Source: Tubiluchus corallicola
Taxonomy: Eukaryota > Animalia > Priapulida
Length of the DNA stretch: 64,000 bases
Direction of reading: 5' to 3'
NCBI GenBank assembly: GCA_030141605.1
Contig: JAQGDQ010000094.1
Location: 62,001-126,000, forward strand
The translations under genes were made by a program, and so were the position numbers. Of the stretch, positions 1-12,994 are shown piece by piece. Every line of letters starts with the position of its first letter. The stretch's first letter is position 1. The notes under the pieces were generated by a model. It saw only the letters and a program-made list of their open reading frames with translations, was not told the origin of the DNA and ran no database searches.

Positions 1-97
1 TGCTGTTCCGGCAAATATGTTGTTAGTTGAATCGCCGGGACACTGATTAATATCTACAAGGTGAAGTGGTACATCAATGTTGACCGCTCCAGTGTAT
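1..97 (-). CDS. Coding exon 2 (runs off window) of GPR158/GPR179-like extracellular-domain protein
   Basis: Acceptor ttttggcag at 100-98. Phase matches the upstream exon (AG+A=Arg). Reads RYTGAVNIDVPLHLVDINQCPGDSTNNIFAGTA, resembling the GPR158-type V-D-I-x-L-x-x-V-D-I-x-Q-C...F-x-G-T motif. An in-frame alternative acceptor would start the exon at 115. Confidence 0.75.
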
Positions 98-282
98 CTG
101 CCAAAATGAATACCACTGTAAAATTATATAATATTAATTACTACAGTTGGCCCGTCTTTATTCTTTGAAGCAACCAGTGTCGGACACTTCCATTACTACA
201 CCGCACACCACCCCTATCGCTACAACTACTGTCGTCGTCGTTATAACGCACACGAAAATCTGCCGAATGGCAATGATAGTGA

Positions 283-283
<1 letters not shown>

Positions 284-345
<62 letters not shown>

Positions 346-347
346 CG
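284..347. repeat. (AC)n/(GCAC)n microsatellite
   Basis: Direct reading. Confidence 0.95.
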
Positions 348-842
348 TATAAATTATATATTATTTAGTTGATATGTATGTTTTACATGGATTTTAAGTC
401 TAAAAAAACTGATAATTGTGAATTGAATAACGCCTTGCACTCCCGAAATTACACGACGTTACAAACGCTGATATAATAAGTAATAGACGACAGGAAACGC
501 ATCATTATCATATTATCAACAGGTCCAAGTATATTTATTGAAGTGCTGTTTACTAGTTATCTGAGCCATTATTAGTTTTACTGCCTGACCTTCGCCAAAG
601 TATCAGGCTCATTCATGCACGTATGCATGTATAATTTACCATTATCGATCAATGAAGGTCTTGCTTCCTATAGTTAAGCCATCTCAAACCTTTCGTTTTT
701 TAATCTTTATTACGAGCACATTTTTGGAATTTATGTCCTTGGTAATTCCATCCAGAGGTGAATCTTGAGTCTGTGTTTGCTTTGTAGTTTTTATCTTGCA
801 AATTTAACATAAAGCTTTTAGATACTACACCATTTCCATTTT

Positions 843-950
843 TAGTTGAGCCATAGTCAAGTCAAATTGAGCCAAAGTCAGACCACATTGATCCATAGTC
901 AAATCAAGTTGAGCACTAGTCAAATCAAATTGAGCCAAACTAGGTCAAAA
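843..950. repeat. ~21-bp minisatellite, ~5 degenerate copies (ttgagccatagtcaagtcaaa)
   Basis: Repeated ttgagc...gtcaa units. Confidence 0.8.
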
Positions 951-1370
951 TAATGATAATTATAATTACTTTAATATGAAACACAATCACTTACTGCGAT
1001 TTGTTTGCTTGTTTGTTTGTTTCATTTTATTCATTCACTCATTCATTCTCTCAAAATAAAAAAATGGACCTTTAAGATAAATGCTGTAAATAAATGAATT
1101 TTATATGTTTTAAACCTATCAGTTATGTAAAATTGATAATTGACTGGTTACATACACATTGCTTTTTTCATTTAGTTACTGTAAAATAAACTCACACTGT
1201 TATAGGTCGTGGAATACCATATGCGGTAAAGCTTTGTGCAACATGTATAGTTGAATCTGGAAATCGTTTTATTTAAAAAAATTATAAAATATTTAAAGTT
1301 AGAGCTTTGTCATCTAAATGTGAATTGTAGCTGCAGAAAACGTGTCTCAAATAAAAATCAAATTTTAAAA

Positions 1371-2560
1371 CTAGTTGATAATGTTTCTGGTATGATCAGA
1401 AACTGAAGGTTTTGCAACAATAATTATAAAATTGGGTCTTCGAAATGACGAGACGGCAGCCTTTTTTGAAAGTGCTTATTCTCCTTTATTGAATTGCTTG
1501 AATACACGGAAAGTACATTTCACAATGAATCCTCAGCATTTATCATCTATTTTGCCGCTAAGTGGGTCACAGTCTAACACTGTAACCTATACCATTCGAT
1601 TCACCTCATCAAGACCGTTCATTCGATAAGCTACATGGTACTATTCGTAGACACTCGATGCATGTCTGTTCTTGACCCCGGTTTTTGGGTTTTTCGGTTT
1701 TTGCCCACTAGCGGGCTCGCGCGGATTAGCTATTCTCATCGCAACCTATGCCATTCGATCCGCCTCATCGAGACCTTTCATTTGATATGTTACAAGGTAC
1801 CTTTGCTCAACACACGGTTGCACTTCAGTTCCCGTTCCCCATTTTTTCGGGTTTGCCCCCTAGCGGGCTGCTCGCGGATTGATTAGCTATTCTTATTGTA
1901 ACCTATACCGTTCGATCCGCCTCATCAAGATCTTTCATTTGAAATGCTACAAGGTACCATTGCTCAACACTCGATCCACTTCATTTCCCAACCCCCATTT
2001 TTCGGTTTTTGCCTCTTAGCGGAAAATTTCCCAAGCAAAATCATCCATATTCTGCCATATCCAACAACTTGGCCCCACCTAACCACATACAAAATATTGT
2101 GGCCTTAGCTAAAAAACTATGGGAGCAGATGAATCCTAAAGAAAAATAAATGAAGACCCGACCGCTCCATGACCTTTGACCTGGCAAATCGGGTCACACG
2201 TGTACGTAGACAACTTTGCCCAGAGAGTGTACCCTGTGAGTTTTGTGTCCCTAGCCCTCAGCATGTAAAAGGTCACAAATTGGGGGACCCAAATTTTGCA
2301 TTTTGGCCCGTCCCTCGGGCGTTTAAAACTCGCCAGCTTTTTAAAACCCCAGGTACACACCTGCCCATAATGCCCAAATATTTTAGAAAAAAAATTGGAA
2401 AAAATCAAAATCCCTAGGAGGAGATGCGACCTAAACGAAACGCTACCAACCCTGCGAGTTTGGTAGCTTGCAAGGCTTACCAGTTATTAAGCGTTAAAGT
2501 GGCGGAGAATAAATAAATAATAATTCAATGAAAAACTGTTTGCTATGGCAAAATCTTAAT
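1371..2560 (-). mobile_element. Non-autonomous Helitron/Helentron-like element, family A, with internal ~150-158-bp subrepeats
   Basis: Reverse-complement homolog of 36446-38246. 3' CTAG at 1371-1374 next to a gtttctg...cagaaac hairpin. Subrepeats carry gagacctttcatttgat. Confidence 0.75.
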
Positions 2561-2687
2561 AAAACATTAAAGCTTTATAAACATAACCAATTACATACTA
2601 ATTAAGCTAACCTCTGAATCAAAAATAATTTCGTTGTAACATTTCATTGCAGATTATAAAAATGATCTTCAACGTTTTGCAAAAGCA

Positions 2688-3090
2688 TCAAATACCAGCA
2701 GGCATATCTGCTATGTCAATTGCATCAGCATAGAACCGCTGCACATGTAGGCAGTGCTTCATACAGTGAGCCTGCGTAATTTGCTTATGGAATTTTGACA
2801 TAGGTATAATGAGTCGGAGTTTCCACTCTGTCATTGTTGTTCCAGCAGGTGGATTTGCATCTTCATTTTCTTTCAAATTAGAGTGGACGGGGGCATTTTC
2901 TGCAACAAGCACAATTTGGTTCATCGACATCCGACGTGTCATGCATGTGTGAAAAAGATTCCCTCTGAAACTGCCTCTCCTGTGACTAAAATGTACCACA
3001 CCCATCGTCTGAGAAACTGTAGCAATAACATGTAAATTCGGGCCCCAAGAATTTGGATGAATAGTTATGGAGCGTCTGTTGCTCGACTTC
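2688..3090 (-). pseudogene. Degenerate, internally deleted IS630/Tc1-mariner (DDE_3-like) transposase fragment
   Basis: GPNLHVIATVSQTMGVVHFSHRRGSF followed by IVLVAENAPVHS (decayed DNAxxH motif). No intact DDE triad. Confidence 0.5.
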
Positions 3091-3176
3091 GACGCAGTTT
3101 TAATTAAATCAATTTTAATAAATTCTGCTTTTAATTATAATAATATAATATCTATATCTATGCATTAATTTCGGTT

Positions 3177-3178
<2 letters not shown>

Positions 3179-3250
<72 letters not shown>

Positions 3251-3329
3251 GCGCGCGCACACGCACGCACACACGCACGCACACACGCACGCACGCGCAC
3301 ACGCACATATATATGCATACTTATATATG

Positions 3330-3368
<39 letters not shown>
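3179..3368. repeat. Compound (AC)n/(GCAC)n/(AT)n microsatellite
   Basis: Direct reading. Confidence 0.95.
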
Positions 3369-3372
<4 letters not shown>

Positions 3373-4094
3373 GTTCCGTTGGAGGAAGATATTACGAGGA
3401 AGATAATGATCAGCATTTAGGAAACTAGTTTTTATGTCTTCAATGAACTATTGGTTATTAAAATTTTTGAAATTACGCTTATTGAAAATCACCAATATTG
3501 TAAAGGCATATGCCAGAATTAGTCAGTGTTTTATACAATTACTATACATATGAATAATTAAAGTTTTTAATTTAACTCTGGTTGGTCTTGTGATTAAACG
3601 GTAACAGAACTGCGAAAATAACATAGAGTACACAGATATTCTCTAGGCACAGCGTAACAGATTTGTAGTTTAAGAAGGTAAACATTTGCACTAGAGTGCA
3701 AATTATCGCGGTTTTTGAGATGGTTTGTAATTTGTAACAATTCGTTATTACCTAAACTTGCCATGTACGCCTCTGGGTCAAACGCTACTAATTGTTGTTT
3801 TCAAGGCGGTTCTATGAGCAAGTAAATGTGTAGAAAATGTGAAAACAGTATTAGAGCTATTTCTTACTATAAATGAAGCTGACCATTATTTTGTGAAATT
3901 ATCATTTTAAGCTTAGCCCATCCCAGCTGTGGTATATAAGTTATACATGTTTTCATTCCCATGATAATTTTAACTATTGTTTCAGTAAGTGTTGCAACTA
4001 GCCTGACCTAATTGTAGCAAAATCAGCTAACGTTGGACGATAATTCACTGTTCGCATAATTACTAATTTTAATATTGTAGGTAACATAGACCAC

Positions 4095-4290
4095 ACCATG
4101 TGGTACAGCGTATGAGAACGTCTGAGAGGTCATAAGCTCGATACCGCGGCGGACGGACCAGGGAAAATAAACAAGACGGACCTACCTGTTGTTGCGTGTT
4201 TCCAGCTGATTTTGTTAGGGTTGTAATACTGATCTCTGCATGTTCGCATGTACTATAAATGTCTTATAGCATATTTCTTGAAATTAAAAC
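4095..4290 (+). mobile_element. Possible tRNA-derived SINE remnant
   Basis: A-box-like TGGTACAGCG (~4102) and B-box-like AGCTCGATACC (~4135) with tRNA-like spacing. No cloverleaf. Confidence 0.35.
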
Positions 4291-4370
4291 CGACTTATTA
4301 CTTTTCCGTTATTAAACTGAATTAAGAAGAGAAGAATGGACTACTTTATATCATACATTATCTATACATT

Positions 4371-4580
<210 letters not shown>

Positions 4581-4701
4581 TGTAACTTTATTGTTTAAAA
4601 GAAAAATCTTAACGCAAATTTGGTTATATTTGCGTGAATACACTACTACGAAAAAATGCGGTCAGAAATCGCAGTTGTAAGTTTTCAGCTGATTTTCTTA
4701 C

Positions 4702-5522
4702 CTGGGCATCGTCATCTCCAAGTTAATGTCCGGCCTTTCGAAATTGATAACTGGAGATACAGCGCTGGTTAACCATTCACTTGTTTCAGAACACTCGAAA
4801 TATGGCGAAGTAAATTTCACTGGTAACACAAGTGGGGGTCCCATAATTGAAATGTGCTTTTTAGGATGAAAAAGTTTCTCCAGAGTTATTCTGTAGTTCA
4901 CCGGTGGGGGCAATGATCTTGGGATGCGTTTGCTGAACCATGCCTTCGGCTGAGAATATTTGTCACCATCTGTGTAATCTGAGCGTGCTGCTGCGTCCTC
5001 TAGGACAATCTTGCCGTCTCTTGAGGTAGGGTTTGACTTCCTGGCGTAAGGAGCAAAATCTGCCGCTGACGCAGGCTGATTGGCACTTTTCTGGTACCAA
5101 TTGGGCCAGAAAGTCTTACGATTGAACATTACACTGCTACCGCTGATAACATCGCCATAAGCTGCCATATCGGCTAAGGTTGAATAATGATAATAAAGAA
5201 ATCCCGGTTCCTCAGTGGTAAAATTACCGTGTTCCAACATAAATCCAAAGAAAAACGCCCTGTTGTGAGCCAGCGATGCGGCCAGAGCTAGCAATGGTGG
5301 ACTTTGTTCGCCAGTGTCTCCATTAATACTAACAAAATCGTCGTCAAGTACAAGAAACCGTCCTTCTCCATTGTCCAGCAATTGTCGACAGTTTTGAGCA
5401 TTTACGGTTATAAGCTTTTTTACCGCTATATCAAAACCATCTTCACAAAAACACGATTTTAGTAATATGAATACCAAAGATATGCCTATTACATCGAAAA
5501 ATTTTAATATGAAACTGCGCAT
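4702..5522 (-). CDS. Coding exon 1 of a secreted/membrane protein with GPR158/179-like (Cache-type) extracellular domain
   Basis: Long open frame from ATG 5522 (MRSFILKFFDVIGISLVFILLKSCFC, signal-peptide-like). Motifs HNRAFFF, EPGFLYY, FTSPYFEC..WLTSAVSPV. Ends at the strong donor AG|GTAAGA (4702/4701), so the ORF-track stop lies inside the intron. Confidence 0.8.
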
Positions 5523-5741
5523 TTTGCATGTAAAAGCTTCAATTATATGAATTTCAAAAACCAAAAATCTATTAAGATTTCAGAATTCATCTGCCTTTTT
5601 CCATGAAAATTTTGTTTCCGTCTCACCTCGCTGCACTGTGGAAGCAAGCAACAATAGAGACAGCAAGAACACCACCAGCAGCAGCAGAAGTAATAATAAT
5701 TGCTCACAATTTGTGGTTAAGCGGTTTACTAGAGCAAAACC

Positions 5742-5747
5742 TTTATA
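5742..5747 (-). promoter_or_regulatory. Candidate TATA box for the GPR158-like gene
   Basis: GGCTATAAAGG on the minus strand ~220 nt upstream of ATG 5522. A possible short 5'UTR intron (GAG|GTGAGA ~5626 to taatag ~5569) would remove upstream ATGs. Confidence 0.3.
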
Positions 5748-5980
5748 GCCTCGGACAAGGAATTTAGCAGTCTCGTTACAAGTGATATAATTGTTAAGAA
5801 GGGCGGTAATAATAAATTAATAATCATTCATGGCCATCAATGTTGGAGAGTATAATGGATAACGGTAATCACTCGTTTGTGTTGGTTCTGAAACTGCATT
5901 TATTGGAAATTTACATTAATGCATTTGGATGTACGTAATAGCTATGCAAGGCTGCTATTTGTAGTTTTCAGTTTGCATTA

Positions 5981-5982
<2 letters not shown>

Positions 5983-6075
<93 letters not shown>
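5983..6075. repeat. (GTA)n microsatellite
   Basis: Direct reading. Confidence 0.95.
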
Positions 6076-6558
6076 AAAGGAAAGATAAGGAAAGATAAAA
6101 GTAAAAGGAAAGTAGTAAAGGTTGTTTAAACTCAATCTCATTTTAATTTACTTCCAAAATATATATTTTCTTGCCTATAAAAGTTAACAATTGTTCTTTA
6201 TATTTGAACAATTAGCTTAAAAAGCTTAAAAAATTACGTCAGAAACAAACCATAGTTTGTGCAATAGCAGACGTCTTCCCTTGCGCGTCAAGTACATTTG
6301 GTCATCCCAGTTACAGTGTTTGGGAAAAAAATACAAACCCCAATCATTTTTGGCCCTTCTATGTCGTGCATATCTCAATATACATTTTACCTTTTGTTCA
6401 AAGTAAATTAATATTAGTATTAAAAAGATCTAATCTATAGCCTGAAAGCGATAATGACCATTAGTCAAGGTTAATAAGTACTGCGGGAGAGCCAGTTTAA
6501 TCGCATCAAATGAGCTGTAGGATGCCAGCGTATGCCTATGCTTACTGCTATTCTCGCA

Positions 6559-6867
6559 TGTATCGAAAAGAAGTCAGCAACTTTACTTGAGGCGCGGCAC
6601 GTAGTTTGAAATGGCGCTCAGGTTATTTTGTCCACGTATCCTTTTATAGTCTCGTCTGTACAAAACCATTGAATAGTGGCGTGAAATACCAGGTGTAAAA
6701 CAGTCGCTATAGAATGGTTGATTCAGCAGGTAAACAGACAAGTGTTTTTGCCATGACGGCACCTGTTCCATAGGAACAACTAGCATGAAGCACAGAGGAC
6801 AAGTTCACTGACAAGACCTCCTGGCAGCGAGGACCCAGCATCGTTACACTGGTGTCAGAAGTGGGAT
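6559..6867 (+). mobile_element. LTR (6559-6848) followed by a tRNA-Leu primer-binding site (6850-6867)
   Basis: Termini TGTATCGA...TCGTTACA. Followed by TGGTGTCAGAAGTGGGAT, complementary to the eukaryotic tRNA-Leu 3' end ATCCCACTTCTGACACCA. Related LTR pieces lie at ~7786-7895 and 12995-13199. Confidence 0.75.
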
Positions 6868-8509
6868 TTGTGGAACTACTTGGATCACGTGATGAAATTA
6901 ACTAGGATTCACTGAGTTCGAATCAGCGCCTCGTTTTTGAACTATAGCACATTCTTCTATGATTCTAGGGCTCGCCAAGTTTTCAAGTTTTTTTCAACAG
7001 GTACGTTTCTCTGTAGTTAGCTGTACTTGTTTTATGCAGTAGTTGTGCTACCATTGAGCAAGGATATAGCAATTTCTTTACGCTCTGTGTTAGATGGAGT
7101 ACCAACGAGAAGCAATTCATGTGTAGATAGAGTTTTCGATACGAAACTACTGGACCATTCGTATCTGCTATTGCAGCACTGTGTACTGTAATTTCGTCAA
7201 ATGAATATGAAAATATGTAGCGGAGTTTTATGTCACAGGGAAGACATATCGTCAAGAAAAGTACCTTAGACACTAAGCTTTTCCATCCCAGTAGTATGGA
7301 TGAATAAGTTTACCTTACAACCTGCAGAAGTACTGGTTCTGATAGGAACCATGGAAGCAAAGAACGCACTGGGCTGCTTTCTAGTGGTGACAGCCGAAGA
7401 TTTCATGGACTTAGCGGTTCTACATCAGGTTAGTACAATTTGCATGCAGTTTGCATTGCTATAGAAGCTACCTCGATGAAGATCGTTTACTGAGACGCGA
7501 TTGTTTGCTACACGGCTCAGGGCACCTTGACGCTACAATTGATAATATAGTTTTAATGTAGTTTTGAAAGTCTTCCTATTGTGGACTAATTTCTTCGGTC
7601 CTACTGAATCCGGCCTGAATGATGTAGGGGCCTTCGAGCCTTGACTACAAACTTCAAAATTTTTGTTGACAGTACGGGTTAAGCATATGTCATTTCGCAC
7701 GTTAAAACTGTACTTTAAAATTGTCCTATTTTAAGCTCTCGTTTTGCTACGTTGAGTTTTAACAGCCCCCTCTGCATTGTGATGGTCTCGTCCGTACGAA
7801 GCCATTGCATAATAGTGTTGAATACCAGGTATAAAACCGTCACTACGGAATGGCCTCATTGATTCAGCATGTAAAAGGACAGGCTGTTCCCTGGCTCTCT
7901 CGAGCTTCAACTGCAGACGTTCTCAGGTTGTCAGCGCATAGATAGAATATATAGTTAGCCAGTGCGAACCTAACTAAATAAATTTTTGTAGCCAAGGTGG
8001 CTCCATCTAGCTGGAAACTTTAAAGTGTGGGCTTTGACCCAGTTACGTTGTCCTTATGCTGTTCTGTAGCGTATATGAACAATCTGTCTTGGGCAAGCTA
8101 GCGAAATTTATCATTAGATATATGCCGCAACGATATAAGTTTATTTTTATTTAATTTTCATTTTGATTTATTTATTAATATTTTTGATTGATTAATTAAC
8201 TGTCAATCTAACTAAACTATGTAACTTTTCATAAATTTAGCCAATGTCAGTCGATTTTGTTTTTCTATTTCAGTTTCTGAATATTGCAGAAATAAAGATC
8301 AGTGGTTTACATGAAATTCAACTGAGAGTTTTGAAGATATGTCATAAATTCCTCTCAGAGACACTAACAAGGAGTGTCCATCGAGCTCTCCTGTACTACA
8401 AAATATACGCATACTCCACGTGTCTCCACTTGAGGTACATATTCTGCACACCACTTCCTCCAACCATGGATCGCACGTTCATAAACGTGTCCGTTAGAAT
8501 GTTGTACAG

Positions 8510-8969
8510 TCGTTAAAGTCGATTCCTGTGGCAACAGCAACCATCAGTCAGCCTCATAACATTTCTGTTATAATTATTTACGTGGCGATCAAACTGTCAT
8601 TTTGACCCAGTAAAATTAATTTCTTTTCACAGACCTGTTACTCGTGTGAATTCAATGTCCGTCCTGGTATACAGCCTCACCTTTCTCGTCGTAAATGGTA
8701 AATTCAGGTAGCGGATGAAGTCCAACCCGGGAACTTAACAGGTTAACCCCATTCTATGCTGGTATAATTTTGCAATTCAAAATTAGTCTCTAAACTGTAC
8801 AGTTATCATGCCTTATACAGAAATAATTGACGGCTCTCTTTGGACACAAATTTTAAACGTAAAATGATTATTAAGGTTATAAAAACAAAAATTTCTCGAG
8901 GTAACCGTAAATGAAATAGTAATGCGTTACTTGCATATATTGGCTAGTTTATTGAATCGGAACATTACA
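8510..8969 (-). mobile_element. LTR-like repeat (3' LTR candidate of the minus-strand Gypsy element)
   Basis: Diverged direct repeat of 12584-12994. Both begin TGTAATGTTCCGAT on the minus strand. Preceded by purine-biased TTTTTGGGAAGGCCTA (PPT-like). Confidence 0.6.
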
Positions 8970-9359
8970 TAGGCCTTCCCAAAAAGGCATCGGAATAGTA
9001 GAGTGAATCTTTCTTCACTATAGTTTTACGATGCAAAACCCGAAGACAATAAACACAATAAAGTACTTTTTATAGGGGAATAAAAAGGGGATCTTCTCAT
9101 CCAAAACAACAAACTAATATTTCGTCTTTCTCACAGACTCTCATTCAACTATCCAACAGTCGATCAAAGAGAAGCACACAACCAAAAGTTTAAAGTTCAT
9201 CAACCTTCATGATTTACTGTTTCACTATTCTTCCTATCGTAATCATTCATGACATCATAATGATCAACATTATTTCTATCCAGTTTATGCTTATATATGT
9301 TTGTGCAATCAAAGTGCTTTCGTTATTTGTTTTTTGCGTGCAGTTGTGTGTGCTTTGCA

Positions 9360-11519
9360 TTATATTCGTGAAACAGCATCGGCAGGAATGTTTTTCTTCC
9401 CTGCTATGTGTTCGATTGTGAAGTCGTAGTTTTGAAGGATAAGGTTTCATCTAGCTATCCTTCGATTTTGAGGAGGTGTCATTCGCCATTTTGTGGAGGT
9501 ATGTCAATGGGTTATGGCTGGTTCTAATAATGAACTGCCTCCCCTCTAAGTAATAATTTAGCTTTTCAAGAGCGAAAACTATAGCAAAAGGTTTAACTCT
9601 ATAGCAGCATAGTTTTTCTCGGCAGATGTGTCTCCTGCTAAGATAAGTGATGGGAACCTCTGAGTCATCTGTGGTCTGCTTTTGACTTGAGACTGCCCCA
9701 ATCCGAGTGTGGATGCAGCAGTAGTTACCAGGAATAACTTGGTGTAGCACTTGGTCTGATAACAGGTAGTACCGTAGGGTGAAAAAGCTCTTCTTGCCCT
9801 CGAGCGTCCAGATTACCTTAACAGGGGATTTTTTTGGATTAGATCATGTAGTGGCCCGGCAATTTGGGTGAATTGGGGTATAAGGCGCCGGTAGAAAGCC
9901 TACCAGCCAAAGAAATGATCTGGCCTGAGTTTTGTCTTGGGTCTTTGGAAGTTGACAATGGCTTGAACTTTTCGAGGTTGGGGCTTAGTCGATTTCTCCC
10001 TATTATATATCCAAGGAATTCAGCTTCCTTTGTGCAAAGAAACACTTCCTTGGTTTTAAGGTTAGAGCGGCTGTCCGAAGGCCAAGAAAAACCATGCGAA
10101 TGTGCTTCAGGTGTTCCAGCCATGTCTTTTGATTTGACATAAATGCCATCAATGTAGCCGCGTGCAAAGTTTATTAGGTTGTTGAGAGGTATGGGCTGCA
10201 TTTATTAAATCAAAGGGCAAGACGGTAAATTCCCATTTACTAAAATCTGTTATGAAGGCAGAGATGGGCTGTGAGTCTTCCGCTAAGGGAATTTGCCAAT
10301 ATCTTTTGGTCATGTTCAGATATGTGATGCATTCTGCATCATGCATGTCGTCAAGGATTTCCTCTGGTCTTGGAATTGGGTAATTAATGAACTGTGTTTT
10401 CTGGGTAACGGCTCTGAAATCAATTACAAAACGGACGGTCCCATCTTCGTCATTGATGAGGATTGTTGGCGAGGAATAAGGGGACTTCCAACTTTTTCAT
10501 TTTGCAGATTTCTTTGCACATGTCCTCTTTCCTTGCCTGGGGTATCCTATAGGACGTTGTTGTACTGGTTCTGTATCTTTAAGCAAAATGTGATGTTGAA
10601 TCACGTGAGTCTTGGCTGGAACATCTGTAAAGATATTCGAGACGGTTTCTAGGACACTTACAAGCTGACTTCTCTATTCTTCAGTCAAGTGGTCAGGTAT
10701 GATGATATCGGTTATGGCTTGAGTTTGGGTTGCTCGTGGATGAAACGCAATGTCGGGCAAAATACCCATTTGCATGGGACTAACTTCCAGGAGAGAATCC
10801 AGGGCGTCAAGCGATGTTATATCTCCAGCACCAAAAAAATCAAACTTAGATTCAGTATCCTGGGCATAGAGAGCTACGCTCTGGGTTCGCTGAATATGCG
10901 GCTTCAACAGATTGATATAGGTCTGGACAGTCTTCTTTTTTCCAGGTCTGGATAGTCTTCTTTTCTCGTTTTAAGAGGGCCATGTACAGGAAATCCATAG
11001 ACCTACTCAAAAGGGCTATATTTGATGGATTCCTGTGGCACATCACGATAAGCGAATAGGACAAACTGCATGAGCTCATTCCCTTCTTACAATGCTTTTC
11101 TTGAAGAAGTTTCCTGGTAGAGTTTTTGAGAGATGCACTAAATCTTTCCGTAACTGCCTGACTTTGAGGATGATATGGTGTGGAAAAGATTCCCTTTACA
11201 CCAAGGCCTTGTTCAAGAACAGCGATAAGGGTGGACATAAACTGGGCGCCTCTGTCTGATTGTATAACACGAGGTATGCCATGGCGGCATATGAACTGTA
11301 ACAAAGCCTTAGCAACTTCTTCTGCTGACTCTGCTTTCAAAGGGTAAGCGTCAGCAAAGCGAGTAGCTTGGTCCACGATGACCAAGGCATATTTATGCCC
11401 AGCGTTTGTTCTGTCACGACTGGCAGGGGTTTTAAGGGTGCCCTATTTTTAATTTTCTTCCGTGATGTCTTTTGACATGTTGGGCAAGATTTCACCAACG
11501 CTTTAATCTTTGCATTCAT
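9360..11519 (-). mobile_element. Degenerate Gypsy/Ty3 pol with INT-RT-RNaseH order (Gmr1-like)
   Basis: Order along the minus strand: zinc-binding CPTCQK; integrase VIVDQATRF...IQSDRGAQF...TPYHPQSQAVTERF; RT LNMTKRYWQIPL...FTVLPF.L.NA and YIDG; RNase H IGAVSSQ...ITYLSR...AIVFALEKLNYYLEGRQFIIRTSHNPL...FTIEHIAGKKNIPADAVSRI*. Many frameshifts. Confidence 0.85.
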
Positions 11520-11520
11520 T

Positions 11521-12436
11521 TTAAAAGTGCATAAACACAGGTGATTTATACAGGTGGTGGAGAAGTGAATTTTTCCATCTACCTACACAGTCGACATTGT
11601 TTTTTGAGCATATCGTAACGTGTGGCAGGCGTATCTAACGTCTGCCCACATTGCTCAGTTTGAACATTTATTTAACCAGATTATTAAGATGTTTTGATTT
11701 GTACTATTGTGGAACTTCCTCTAAATGATATAAGCGGAGTAGAAACGACTTGTTAATATGGTCTATGGAATACGGAACCCAATCTAGACTTGTAATGGTG
11801 AGACTCCCAGCAAGTTGGTGGACAAAGTCAGGCAAGCTAGACTGACGTGTAAGGAGGAAGCTACCGTAGCAGCGGTGAGGCGATCCTTGAGGTGAGCTGC
11901 CAGCAGCTGTCGGAATTTGGTGAATGGCGTACGATTGGTGTAGTATGGATCGATGGAATCGAATGGAATGATGCAGATACGTTTACAGCATGGAGTGATG
12001 AAACCGTGGTCATGGCTACATGGAAATGGAATGGTGACGCAGTTAAGGCCAGGACTGGAGCTCTGACGTGGTAAAACCGGTACCAGCATGCTTGTAACCT
12101 CGTATACACATGTACAGTTTTGTTTTAATAATCTGTTCCCAGTTTTTTCATGCGTATTATATTTGTAATTGAATTTAATGCCTAGCTTATCTAGATTAAT
12201 TGAGATTGTCGATCAGTAATTTTTCCTAAATATTACATCACAACTGCAACGACGGTACACGTTAGGGACATAACACAGAACCCATAACATGTGCTTTAGG
12301 AAAATCCATGTTTCGGCTCATCATATCTTTGATATGATGGTTAATAAAAATCAATTTTTTTGTGAGGTGCGCTTTCGAGACTAATTAAATAAATAGGTTC
12401 ACAACTCTGACAAAAATAATCAAGTGCACCGTCACA
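11521..12436. mobile_element. Interspersed LTR-like repeat truncating the Gypsy pol; inverted copy at 21572-22220
   Basis: Reverse-complement similarity to 21572-22220 (e.g. ggtctatggaatacggaacc / ggttccgtgttccatagacc). Shared TGTGACGG terminus. Confidence 0.65.
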
Positions 12437-12583
12437 GCTGGCGTCTCAGCTAAACGGGACGAACGGGGAATCCGTGTCAGATTGTCAGTCACAACTTCAC
12501 TGCTTTATGGTCGCCTCCGTATCTCAAAACCCAGCAATGGCTATTATTTTCATATTAGACCATATGGTTTGAGGTTTCACGAC

Positions 12584-12994
12584 TCGTTAAAGTCAATTCC
12601 TATGGCAACAACAACCATCGGTCAGCCTCGTAACATTTCTGCTATAACTATATTACGTGACGGTCAAATTGTCGTTTTGACCCTGTAAAAGTAAGCTCTT
12701 TTCACGGGCCTTGTATACAGCCTCATCTTTCTCGTCGTTCACGGTTGACTCAGTAACGGGTGAACTTAACAGGTTAACCCTATTCTATGCAGGTATGGTT
12801 TTGTAATTCAAAATTAGTATCTAACTGTACAGTTTTCGTGCCTTATACAGAATAATTTGACGGCTCTCCTTGGATACAAAACGTAAAATGATTATTAAGG
12901 TTATAAAAACAAAAATTTCTGGGCGGTAACCGTAAATGAAATAATAATGCGTTACTTGCATATTTTGGCTAGTTTATTGTATCGGAACATTACA
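12584..12994 (-). mobile_element. LTR-like repeat (5' LTR candidate)
   Basis: Direct repeat of 8510-8969. Confidence 0.6.

Noticed and set aside
5627-5700. Leu-rich signal-peptide-like frame upstream of the GPR158-like ORF
   Set aside because: No in-frame ATG before an upstream stop; more likely 5'UTR low-complexity sequence
12439-12460. TGGCGTCTCAGCTAAACGGGAC as a PBS after ...CCGTCACA
   Set aside because: PBS-like position, but I cannot match it to a specific tRNA 3' end
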